DNA of 64,000 bases, from positions 944,362 to 1,008,361 of the forward strand of contig NMRA01000007.1 in the NCBI GenBank assembly GCA_002633005.1. Direction: 5' to 3'. Below are positions 52,101-64,000 of this stretch, one piece after another. A model generated the notes under the pieces. The model ran no database searches. It had not been told where the DNA came from and saw only the letters and a list, made by a program, of their open reading frames with translations. Numbering within the stretch: position 1 is the stretch's first letter; each line of letters begins with the position of its first letter. The position numbers and the translations under genes were made by a program. This DNA comes from Phoronis australis (lineage: Eukaryota; Animalia; Phoronida).

Positions 52101-55100
52101 TTCCTCTCTTTGTCGTGTGCTGCCCGCCGTTCCATCTGCCTCAGATTAACAACTAAAATGTACAATAAACAACTCGTCATCATCAGCAAACACAGTCAGA
52201 GTGTGACACAAAATGACTTACACAGCTCTAAGTCACTTTAAACATAAAACTAATCACAGTGTTCACAAAAATAAGGAATAGCATAAACAGGCTGTTTACA
52301 AAGTTAACTTTAACTACAAAATGAAATATTTTCCTGTTGAAAGTTACATGCTTATATGCACAGCAACGTACAATGCAGCAAAGTATATCCACAACTGCCT
52401 GAATAATAGACCCATCACTGATGGACTCTTTTCTTTAGTGGAGGCAGAAAAATGCATTCTCTACTTTTCAAAATTTCAAGCACCTTGAGTTGATTAACAC
52501 ACACAGAACCCTTTTTTGTCAATTTCTTGGCATCAGCAATGTAACTCAAAATGCAATCGTACACGTTTCCGTGCATTAGAATGATGAATTACAAAATAAC
52601 AAATATATATGATATTTGCATGTGGAAAGGCAGGACAGATGATTGACATCTGCTGCATCGTGGGCAAGTACCTCAAAATGAGTGTGGTGCTGTGGTATTT
52701 CAGGACAGGCCAATTATAACATACACTCACAATAACAAGGATTTACACACCATCCTTAAGATACCATGTAATTTTTTCATAGGTCTGTGAATAATTATTA
52801 AATTGTAATATATGTTGTACCATACACTTGGAAGTGCAAGACCCATTGAAGTGATCATCAACCATACAATTTAATTGTTACTAACAAACAAAATAGACCA
52901 CTTGATGCTACAAAACTGACCTCAACTTGTTTCTAACAGTGATTTCTGGGCTTTGGGAAGATTTGACAGTTCATTACTACTAGAAACCATGGTCAGTGCA
53001 TAAAATGCCCCACAAAGTCAAGCAATTAATAGTTCTTCTCAAACCCATATCACTTCTAACCAGAGTACACAACAAAATTCAGGGTGGTCAAACTGCAAGG
53101 CACACATCCTGCATACTGAAAATTTATACACTGCATTGAAGTGAAAACTAGTACGATTTTCACTACTCTTCTGAAGTTTTAATTTCAATCATTAGATGGT
53201 ATGATACACCTAAAAACAACGCATTTCAATTTCAAGTAGGGTTGTCTATTAAAAATTCAGCTCGTCATGCTGCGGTTTTACATTAGCCACAATTAATTTT
53301 TCTCCACCGGACCATATACCTTCAGTGAATGTGTACAGCTCATTGACTGCAGAGCCACAAAGACGATACAGAAGCCCAGTGTCTCGGTACAGTGAAAAAA
53401 TAAATGGTGTACTTTTCTCATATTCTAAACCTAATTTAACTCCTTTGACTTCGAAATTCTACTCTCAATATGATTTACAAAGGAGACAATATTGCACAAT
53501 GTTATGTCACATTTTTCATTGGTCAGTCAACAACAGACTAACTTCAACTGACCAATCACAAATGTCGATGATCAATATACTAATTACAATATACACTAAC
53601 CTTCTCCAGGACTTGGATAAATGATATTGGTCTAATCTTGCACTCTTAGCTATTTTCATCTTTTACTGGACTTTTTGACTAGAACTTCACCAATTTGGCT
53701 TCAAAGTTCTATTGACTTTTATATTTTTACTTTCAGTTCACGTTTTTGGAAGATATTAATTAAATGCTCAAAATCCATAACATTTCATTGTATGATTGTA
53801 ACGATTTTTAAGCCCTAAAAGTGCACAGAATACGGGTAACTCCATAACAGTTGGCAGCCCTGCAAATTTAACCCAGCATAACATGAAATGGCCTTAAATT
53901 TTTTGACAGGAGCCAGGTTAAAGCAAACTATGAACCATTCTAGAATATTTTGTCTTGTATAGTAAGACCACGCTTATATCACCTGCTTTGGTCTGTTCAC
54001 GTCGTGCATCACTAAGTTTACTTTCAAGAGCTGACAGTTGATGGGAGAACCCACCCTCTATCTCATCACAGCGATCTTTTAAAGCTAGAAATTAAAGCAA
54101 ATCAATAAACATAAATGAAGTGGCGTGTAAGCCACAATGAGTCTTTAGTTTCAGTTCTCATATATCGACAGCACTCGTGTGAGTAGAAAGCCTAGAACTC
54201 CTTAGTCCACAACATAAACACTAAGATTGTCATAACAAGAAATGTAGTAATCCCACGATTCAAGTGTCACCACTATTGACTTTCACAACTTCGCTGAAGA
54301 TCTCCAATAGTTCTAGTTAACTGGTTAAAGCTACACAGAAGACTTTTAAGTAAATCAGAAGCCAGTGATCAAGGTAGACAAATGACCACTGTTGCCCACT
54401 GGTTGCATATTTAACACCTCAACTTCACAGGTGGTGACATAAGGGAACACAGATGACTTAATTCAAATTTTGTTCAAAAGTGAAGTTGCCTTTTTTCCAC
54501 AAGAGGGCACTGAAAGCCATCAATCACACATGATCGGGCACCAAATTCTTACATGAAATTTTATCACTATACCTGTACAAGACATTCAGAAAATGTAAAT
54601 CAAGCCATGCATCGTAACTATAAGGCAAATAAGTTGACATGTTTAAATTACTCCTAAGAAGGCTGATAGGACGCTTTTGTGATTACTCATCATAAGTATC
54701 TTATCTACCATCAGAGGTCCTATGAGCTTTCTAATAAAAATTCCTATATGAAAGCAATAGTAATGCAGAAAATTAGGCCACACCATCAATTCTAGCAAAA
54801 ATAAAGGATGTCAACTGGAGATAACTTCAGTAGAAGACTAACCCCTCTCAGCTTGCACTTGCTGTCGGCCCAGTTCAGTCTTCAACTGGTCTATAGATCC
54901 GTTGGCCTCTTGAAGTTCACCTAATATTGCCTGGTATCTCTCATCAAGCTCATCAAGCTCCGTACACTTGTCTCTCAGCTGGCTCTCCGCATGACTCACT
55001 GCATTTTGTAGTGATTGTATCTGGCCTTCGACTGAAACAGATCGCATGACAAAATAGAATTCCAAAGATCAACGTCAATCCCATTTGCTCGATTCTAGTT

Positions 55101-58100
55101 ACCATATGCCTGATTCTAGTCACATATAGAACAAAAAATCAGTCCTAAAGTGTAAAAAACTTCATTCAAAGATCATGTGCCCTGTTCGTAAACCCCAACA
55201 AAATGCGGTCAAGCCAAGATCACTAATTTCAAATTGAAATGAATCAAGTAAGTGGCGCTAATCTTTCTCATTCAACCACTGAACTAAAAAAACATGAAAC
55301 AAAACTGCAACCTTCTCAGAACAAGCTGCAAGCGGCTTTACGGCCACACGCTATGAAACCCATGCTTGCTTCATATATCTCCTACTGACACAAAATGTCG
55401 GCTTTAGCTTTGTTATTGAACAAGGTCCAACGGCACCTTATTCTTCTGGAAACAGGCCAATGTATTCACAAAGTTCCCCATAGTCCTTCCTCTCGCCGAG
55501 TCCTGGCATGGACACATTTCAGTATGTAAACTACATAATTATTCTACCTTGACTTCTGACTTGGCTTATTCTACTTTCCACCAACTGAGCATCCTGTTGT
55601 ATCCTCTGCGCAAGCTGATTCCTTTCTTTGGTGACTGTCTCCAACTCTCTTACAATATGTTCGTAATCATCAGGGGCAGCTCTTAATCATAAAAAATAAA
55701 CCATTCAAAAGCTGCATGTATACAATACCAAAAACAATTTACAATTTACAAAGACAAACTGTCACCGAGATTCAGCACAAAACATTACATTACCTCCTAG
55801 TTGACCATAGTCAAACGGAAATTTTATTAAGCGTTAGACATCTGACTGTGTCCATTTTATTGTCAGAATGTCCCATAGACTTTACTCGAGTCCACACATT
55901 TCCAGATACATTTCTGGGAATAGCGTAGACAAAATTAGCTCTCTTTGCCCCTCGTTATCCTCATGAATGCGACAATTCAAGGCAAAGAATCACTCTGACA
56001 TTCACCAATAAATCTGGACCAATGTCACCATACTCCAATGGCAAATTTTTTCCCCAGTTGATTTCCAAAATGTCATGTCATAATTTGACATTACAGAACA
56101 AATGTTAAGGACGGAAAGAATATAGCAAAATCTGATCAATCTTAAGCTAAAGTAAGGACCCATCTGCACACACAGTAGCACAACACATTGTTAGCAGGCT
56201 AACTTCACAAAGCTGAGCTAAGTTTGAAAAATGGTTTTCACAACCATAACCTTGCAAGCTTGGGTAATAACGGCCAAGACATCTTTTAATTACATTGATG
56301 ACTGCCTGAATACCACTGGTTTCTCACAATATTTACTCAATTTACATCGTTTCATTGTCGTAGTGACGACATACAAACAGGTAGGAACACCTTAATACAC
56401 TTACTCTGTATTTTGTGCTGGTCCAACATCTCTCACCGGTTCATCACGACTAATTTCCTCAAATGCTTCACGTCTTGCAAGAAGTCCTGCGCACAAATAA
56501 GCCAAATATTTCCACTTCAATTCATCACATTTATCTTGCTATTTCTATTTCCCGTTACAATGCAAGGTGTCGATGTTTACATGGAGGAAGACATGCGTTG
56601 TGTTGTAAATGCTAATTACGTTGATTTTTATAGAGGATCAAGCAAACATAACCTTTTAACAGTAAAAACTTAGTACATGAAAAATAATTGATTTTCACAA
56701 AAATTCACAACCAAACATGATATCGGTTTCAGCATAAAATACCTCTTCAATTCAGCAAGAATGGAAAGCTAGGGTTATAAAAGTGTCGAAAAAGCCAGGA
56801 ACAGCAAAAAACAGCAACATACAGACAGTGAAAAGTGAAATAAACAATCTCAACAAACCTTGTAACATCTGAATTCTTCCACTTGCAAATGCTATTCTTT
56901 GTTCAAAGCGTGTTAATTTGGCCAAAGATTGCTTCAGCTGTACGTCTTTTTCCTCAAACTCATCAGAAATTCTAAAAGAGCACATTTTTGCTATAAAATG
57001 AATGGTGATCGTGCATTATTCTAACAGATGCCAACTAGGAACATTCTATATAACTTAAGCTTACACAAAAGATACTGCGAGATTATAAAACAAGATACAC
57101 AAAAATGAAAGGTCAAAAACACAGAAGTATGTGCCATAAAGTAATCGCAAACAGGACAAGTCCTTGGCTTGACTGCACAACACGCTCCTGTCGCTAGGAT
57201 TAACCAAAACTAGCAACAACGTTTGACCTATATCATTTCAGATGTGGCCTAGCATTAACACTTAGTTACAATAGAGAACAGACAGCAACCTCCACCATAT
57301 TATCCCTAGTCATTACAGCCGAGTGTACAATCAATGTACAGAAATTCCTATCTAGAATATTCATTCTAACACAGCTAAGTTCATAACACAGCACATTCGC
57401 TAAGCTTTAGGACCAATGAGTTTGAGCACTTTTCAATGTACAGGACCCGATACCACAATACACTATGCCACAAACCTAATCACCACATCACAACTGAGTT
57501 CTACAATGGAGAACTACATCTGCAGAAGAGCAATGAGAGAACACACCACTCACCTCTGAACTAATGAAGCCAACTGTTGCTGCGTTGCCTCTGACTGCTC
57601 TAGCCTACTGTTGAGAGACAAGGCCACCTGTTGCACTTTTGTCAATTCATGTTCAAGAGACTGAAACAAAGGATTTGGTGCAAAGGTAGGCAACTCACTT
57701 TTGTTCAACCCTTATCCAGCTGAGCAGTTGATTCAAAACCGGCCACTGTACACTGAGCCTAAGTAGGTCACCAGTTAGTTGTACACTGGGTTGTTTTAGA
57801 GTGTGCTTTCTGTTATGTAACAGGTTGGTCTTGATGCATAATTTGAAGGTTATATACAAAAAAGTCAATGGAGAAAATGTAGAACTATCATTGAACTTGA
57901 CAAATTAATCTAATTTTATTTCTCCATTTCTTTAGAGTACATAACACAAAAATGTGCATAAGATTTAGGTGAGAACAAGAATTGTACACTCTAGTGGACA
58001 TGAAATTCTGTATAATCACCACAAAACTTGAATTCAATCTAACTCAAATTAAAAAGTCTTTGCCAAGCCAGGGCCTAAGCACAATTTGCTGTTTCTTGGT

Positions 58101-61100
58101 CATTTTTAGGTTTGAATTGTATACATATATCAAACTCGTCTTTCACAAAAAATTTAACCAAATAGTCCAGCATAATCTGCTTGTGACTACCACAATGTCA
58201 AGACACAAGCAAATAATCCCCCAAAAATGTCTCATAACTTGCGAACTAGGACTCGCAGATATATACTTCAAATGGGGAAAACAGAAATCTTTAAGTGTAC
58301 ATGCTCACATAATAAATAGACAAACAGGGGCTAATTAATCAATGAATGGAAGTTGCCTTGGTCTTGAGGCGAGTATACTCACTGACAGTAGGTTGCATAA
58401 ACCAACAGTTGGGTGAGGGTAATCACCCACAGCAGAATAAGGGTGAACAATTATTTACTTTTCATAAACAAGTTTTAAAGTGAAATAATCTCAAAAATTT
58501 TGACTTGTGTTGATGAGAAACCACGTTGTGTCAGTTTGTGTTAAGATCTAAGCATAGGCCTCTTGGAGTGCTCATTAACACAGTCAACCGAGGTGAAAAC
58601 GGCCCCTCCGACCACACTAGATAATGTGCAGCCAACGCGAACCAACCTCTTCTGTACACAAGATCAACAGACAACAACCTCTGAATACACACCTTATTAT
58701 TATTCATCTGCAGTTGAAGCTGGGCTCCTCTGTCTTGCAAGCTGTGGTTGAGAACTTTGGTTTGATTTGTCAGGCTGTCTATCTCACTTTGGAGCTGGTC
58801 AACCTGGTACAAACAAGCACAATTTTCAACAAGTTCATCAGCAGCCACTTCCAGCTAACAGCGACTTTCCACAAACTCTCAAAATGTTTACGCATATGAG
58901 AAGTCATCATCAAAAGAAATACAGCTGCAGTGTGACCAAGATAAAACGTGTAAGGAAACAAAAATGATAGCAAAGTTTGATAAATGCCATGTGTATACTG
59001 AGCATTGGTAAAGAGCAGCAACTACGATAGTCATATCTCAAATTCAACTATCCTTTTTGCAGAGAGAGAAAAACACATGGTGGAACTGACCCAAGTTTTC
59101 AAAAGGTTAGGCTGCTAACACAAGGTCAAGTTGGCAGAGTATTGCGCTCAGCTAATCTTGTAAATTATTCATGACAGAATTGTAACGTACTGCACAACAG
59201 TAAATCTTCTCTGGCATTCGAAAAACAAATGAGAATGATACACTATTTTTGATGTAAAATAACCCGACAGCAGTGATTAAGTCAGGTATTAAAATGGAGA
59301 TTTTGCTATTTTCTATAGGTCCTAGACAATTGCCCTGAAGTGCCAAAATCGGTCAGGACATTTTGAAAACCAGTCGCACAAAATTTGTCATTGGAGAATG
59401 GTGACCAAACTTAGGTAACAAAGAAAAGGAACCACTTGTGAACGGAGTGGTACTTTGCCTTGAATTGCCACAAATTCATGACAAACACAAACTCCTCTTT
59501 TAAGTCTGCTAAACGGGCAAGCGTGACCTTTTAGTGAATTACACAGCTACTGTGGAAAAACACCACCCACCAAGGACCATAATGTACAATCTGTGACATA
59601 GGGAGTATGAGTGTTTAGTTGATTCCTGCCTTTAACTTGGAAGTTTGACACCAATGATGCATTAGCAGGTGACAGAACGAGGATTGGTGGAAATCATCAA
59701 AACAGGGTTTAGTATCTTTTTAAAACCGAGCTGAGGAGCTAGTGACCTGACTCAAGGGTCTAGCAGTGTGGCCCAGTGGGATTTGAACCTACAACTCTGA
59801 GTAAGCCACATTGCATCCTCAGAACCAGTATTAAAAGTGTGATAAGATTTTACTACCACTATACAAGTCATAATCCTGCAAATCAGATGGTCTGTCAGAC
59901 AGAGTAACAAATGGAACTGTGAGGAACAGAGCCAGGTAGGAAGCCATAGAGATCCAGATTAAGAGAAGGAAGTGAAGGTGGATTGGTCACACGCTACGTA
60001 AGCCGAATGCAAATACCACCGAGCTTGCCTCAACTGGAACTCCCAAGAGAGATGAAGGAGAGGCAGACCTGTGCAAAATTATAGAACCGTGACATCTGGA
60101 CAACATTTCTACTGGCATGTCTTGGAATGAGATCTGAACCAACGCCACCAACTGGACCAGATGGCGAGCAGTCATGGAGGCCCAGTGAACCTCAAGGTGT
60201 CCAGAGGCATAAGTCAAGTAAGTTCTAAAAGATAGTTTAAATTAAAATCCTCCTTGAAAATTTTGATAACAAAATCCTGTTTATAGGAGGGTGAAACATC
60301 AGCTTTACAAAGCTGTCTAAAATTGCAGCTCAGATCAACAGTTGTCACAAGCAATTTGATTAAAGGCTTTCTGAACGTTACTTAAAACGCCAGGTATTTG
60401 ATAACTCGCTACTGACAAGTGATTGAAGTGTTTCAATTGACCATTGCCTATTGACAACAGGTGGCACATGTGAATGCAGTGCAAGTTCCAAATTCATAAT
60501 GCTGCGCAGCCAGCTAATAGCACCACCTTTTGTTTCCAGTTCTGATCGTCTTTATGTGTGCAGATTTCTGTAGACTTTTGCTGCACCATAAGAGTGAAGA
60601 CCTTTTCGCGCCACCTGCAAGAAACACAAATGCTATTATCGCACACACAAGCCAAGTCATTAAAATCTGGTAGTAGGGCACTAGATTATGACGCAAGATG
60701 GATGGTAATAGTCAAATAACATTAATCTTTGTTGAAAACTTTCAATATAAATGAAATTGATCTTTTCTGCCACAAGAAAACTATCTGCACACTGTTCAAC
60801 CTAAGAACAATAGACCAGATTCAAGGTCAACAGTAATCGCTACATATCAATCTATTTTGATTAATGGGTCAATTCACTGTTACATATTTGGTACAAGCCA
60901 CATATGTTGAAAACTAAGAAACAAACCTGTTCAAGAGGTTGGTTTCCTTCTTCTTATTATCACCAAACTTTGTCTGAAGCGAAACAAAACCCCAATTATT
61001 TTAAAACAATCCAAACACAACAGGCCTCCATCGATTCCTTACTTTTTGAAGGTATTCCTATTTTTCCTTCAAATTCCTTCATTTTTACAACTTTTTTGTC

Positions 61101-63839
61101 AAGATACGTCGATGGGTGACTTTCTTGAATTTTATGAAGAAACATCGAGTTATAATTGGAACTAAAATGCAGTATCTATGATAACTGTATCAGATTGCCC
61201 AACAGCTCCCTCTTTGACACCAAAAACGGTGTTATTCTAAGAAAGAAAGAAGAAACAAAGTGTTGCCAGTACCAAGGTCAGTCCTAACAAGCATAAAATA
61301 GAATTTAAAATCGCTGGAGAGACCACCACAATGCTTGGATGCTGTGCTCAAGGTACAACAGCATTCATATGCTTAATGCTAGAGAACTGAAATATTTTGG
61401 ATACTGAAACTTTGTAAAGAAGACTGGTCCTTCTCCTGCAAAAACATTTCTAAACTGTTTCTGGCTATTTTTCTTAGTTAAACAAACAGGGGACAACCAA
61501 AGCATCTTAGGTTCAATTAGCATCGACGGATGGAAATTATATCTTCAGCAGCAGATCAGGGAAGAAATTTCTAAAAGTGGAGCTACTTTACACTGCTGAG
61601 GTTGATGAGACAATTACACGCAACAGGTGCAGAGACAGTTCGATTTCTCATGCAGTTGCGCTATTGCAGCCTGTTTCATGAAAGTGTGACTTAAGGCCTA
61701 AGACAGAAATTTAATGTTGTGCTCCCACTTTACAATATTATTAATTGTGAATGCATTACAATCTAAAAATAATTTATAAAAAATATCTCAGTAACTAGCT
61801 TTCACGTGCATATTCTTTTGCACAAGTGAAATTTTAGTATTTTTCAGAACTAGTTGTGTGCAGTTTTAAGACAAAATTCCTGACTTAAGCCTTGGTTTAC
61901 TGTTCATAAAGGATCCTGGTCTCTAGTAAAGTAAGAAGTGGTGTGTTATCTGACACAAGGATTGGTATAACGTGATGTTCTTTTGGGAGAACAAAATGTG
62001 ACAATTAAACACTACTGGTTTTACAGACAAAAATGCATGTCTGGAGTTACAATTGGATGGGATAGACGTTATTTGGTTTGTCAAGAGATCTAAAACAACA
62101 AAATCCACTGTTTTTGTGATTTTATACAAATCCCCAATTCTCGCCACTGTCTGCCTGACATTCACTGAAATCAAGACCAGTGACTTTACCAGATAAAAAA
62201 GCTCAAAATACTTTGCCATTCATTGAGTGGTATTTAGCTTCACCAACAGAGCATTTGATTGCGACTGGTGAGGCTGATCTCAAAAAATTACTTTTCTCGC
62301 CGATAATGTTCCTTTAAGAAAATTGTTTCCAACAATTTATTGGTGCTTAAAAGATCTCCAACAAACACTAACCGTGGACAACTCGTTCTCTTGGATGGCC
62401 AGTATTTCATTCACAGCCGTCAGTCGCACATTCACCAGATCTATAGTTGACTTGAGGTTGTCACAGTCACACTCCAACTCCTGTCAAAAACAATAACAAG
62501 TGACGAGGTAAGAGATATCACGATAGGAATGTATAAATGCAACATACACTAATAGGAATGCAATACACGATTTGAATACATGCAACATAAACTAATAGGA
62601 ATGCAATACACGATTTGAATACATGCAACATAAACTAATAGGAATGCAATACACGATTTGAATACATGCAACATAAACTAATAGGAATGCAATACACGAT
62701 TTGAATACATGCAACATACACTAATAGGAATGCAATACACGATTTGAATGCAAAGCATCATGATATACTTACAAATGCAACATATCACGAAATGAAGATA
62801 ACGCATCATAAAAGAACTGCAACAAATTATGATATGAATGCCATGTATCGTATAAATTCTGTGAATAAGGTTTCTATTTATCTTTATGACGTTCTCCACG
62901 AATTTGTACCATTTTTCATGACATTTTTCACGACTTCCATGCATAGAAAATGCTTTTGAGACATGCCAGATTTTCTGTCACAGTTTGAACCATGGTCAAA
63001 CCTACGGATAGCAACAGTAGATACAGTAGATCTAAATCATACCTTTATTTTTTGAGTCAAGCTTTGTTTCTCATCCTTCCAAGCAGAAGCTGATTGACTG
63101 AACTCTTGCGTTTCTCTCAGATATGCCTTCAGTTGTGACGTCTCCTTCCTGTAGTGGTCAGCTTCTCGGATTTTTGAGCTGTTGGGAAAAGACCGAGTAA
63201 CCATGACAACCAGGATTTGATACTGCCATGTAGGGCCTATGCATGTTTATTGATCAGAGAATAATGTTTAGTCCACATTTTCAAGAAAGTCAATGTACAT
63301 ATCTAAGAGATCTAGTGGTTGGGAGAAACATAACACATCAAATTTCCCATCCCAAGATGCTTGCAATAAATTTACATTCGTCTATTCAAATTATTTAAAA
63401 CAACTTGATGTTCAAGTCCTAAGATGTGGCAGCCAATGTTCACGCAATGTTTTTCCGTTGTTAATATTATTCAGGATCTGCATCTGGCCAACTTCGGAAC
63501 ATCGTATCTCAGAAATGGCTTATCGGTTTTTGATTTATGCGAAACTTTCTGACAGTATGCTTTATGCACTGTTCGAACCAATGTGTTAGCAATTGTTTTT
63601 AAAATGTTCCACTTTTGCTTGAGGGGCTATCAAAAAATAGTCCTTTCTGCAAAAGTCACTCACTCTAAGTCTGTTGTCAGCTGAGACACTACATCTTCAC
63701 ATCTTGACCGCGTGCTGGTAACTTCCTGCCGAAGTTCAATTGCTTCAGAACGCCATTTTTCCAGTTCTTGCTGCAGATCAAATGTTTGTTTCCGTTCTTT
63801 GGAGAGAGCAGATTCCATCTCACTGCTCATTTCTGTAAG
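49187..63839 (-). CDS. CCHCR1: Coiled-coil alpha-helical rod protein 1 orthologue, C-terminal 15 coding exons (5' part lies beyond window): 63839-63664, 63178-63043, 62480-62373, 60973-60927, 60614-60527, 58803-58693, 57660-57554, 56971-56859, 56486-56405, 55681-55548, 55031-54843, 54084-53983, 52152-52001, 51028-50902, 49248-49187(stop)
   Basis: All junctions are GT-AG and phase-consistent. Motifs match CCHCR1 as I recall it: LVNVRLTAVNEILAIQENEL, LLNRWREKVFTLMVQ, SLQDRGAQ, RIAFASGRIQMLQGLLARR, KLSDARREQTKAVVNLRQMERRAAHDKERN, EKNLMLSTIRQEGLL, and terminal ILQDLEQLTSQLETD*. The donor of the 60527 exon could instead be 3 nt further (60524). Confidence 0.92.
49762..50333. mobile_element. 572-bp non-autonomous DNA transposon with ~45-60 bp TIRs and 10-bp flanking direct repeat (MULE-like) in the last CCHCR1 intron
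   Basis: ctcgctggttccctgcgtg...gccagcacgcgggtatcac is mirrored by gtgatacctgcgtgctggc...cacagggaaccagcgag; atactcaaac at 49752-49761 and 50334-50343. Confidence 0.75.
51058..51250. repeat. Dispersed repeat family shared with ~17335-17555 (same orientation) and ~63500-63645 (inverted)
   Basis: Shared blocks gttcaagat(a/g)aaatctcaaaaacgctg, agccc(c)tca..aaagtggaac and agccatttctgagat; likely DNA-transposon ends. Confidence 0.6.
51618..51685. repeat. Tandem repeat, 17 bp x4 (TAATATTGACCAATTAA)
   Basis: Four perfect copies. Confidence 0.95.
59870..60222 (+). mobile_element. RTE-clade LINE 3' fragment in a CCHCR1 intron (antisense)
   Basis: IEIQIKRRK*RWIGHTLRKP...WNSQ..RRGRP...GMSWNEI..A.NWTRWRAVMEAQ followed by a taagtcaagtaagt tail. 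Confidence 0.8.
62537..62749. repeat. Minisatellite, 43 bp x5
   Basis: Unit atgcaacata(c/a)actaataggaatgcaatacacgatttgaatac starting at 62537, 62580, 62623, 62666 and 62709. Confidence 0.95.
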
Positions 63840-64000
63840 CTATTCAAAAGAATTTTCATTCAATTTTACTATCAGTATGGAATTCAATGACAACCTGAAA
63901 CAATTACAAACTGTGAAACCGTTTCGCACATGTACTAAGTGAACTCTTATTTTACAATATACCTTGGGAATGTTATGAAATAACCATGTACCCATAAAAT

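Noticed and set aside
62537-62749. CRISPR-like periodicity
   Set aside because: Head-to-tail near-identical 43-mers with no unique spacers, in a eukaryotic intron; a simple minisatellite.

Overview
AT-rich metazoan genomic DNA, most like a marine invertebrate; the species cannot be determined from sequence. Three minus-strand genes are present. (1) The 5' end of PPP4R4 (PP4 regulatory subunit 4), with two coding exons at 22.3-22.7 kb followed by an intron that appears to run off the left edge and may hold alternative first exons near 5.2-5.7 kb. (2) A single-coding-exon TRIM-NHL E3 ligase at 31269-33191. (3) The last 15 coding exons of a CCHCR1 orthologue at 49187-63839, all phase-consistent GT-AG. 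Between TRIM and CCHCR1 lies a ~10 kb transposon graveyard (38.1-48.3 kb). It is dominated by a degenerate Ginger2/KRBA2-SCAND3-like integrase element whose catalytic core is tandemly amplified 7 times (~1 kb monomer, ~2 kb AB dimer, ~5.2 kb super-unit). Nested in it are a solo LTR, DIRS-gag fragments and Penelope-type hammerhead-like inserts, and gypsy and LINE scraps flank it. All orientable fragments are on the + strand, antisense to the flanking genes. Elsewhere there is a young L1/Tx1-like LINE with TSD nested in an older CR1-group LINE, an RTE 3' fragment, several MITEs, tRNA-SINE remnants and small tandem repeats. All identifications rest on manual translation and remembered family motifs; no database searches were run.
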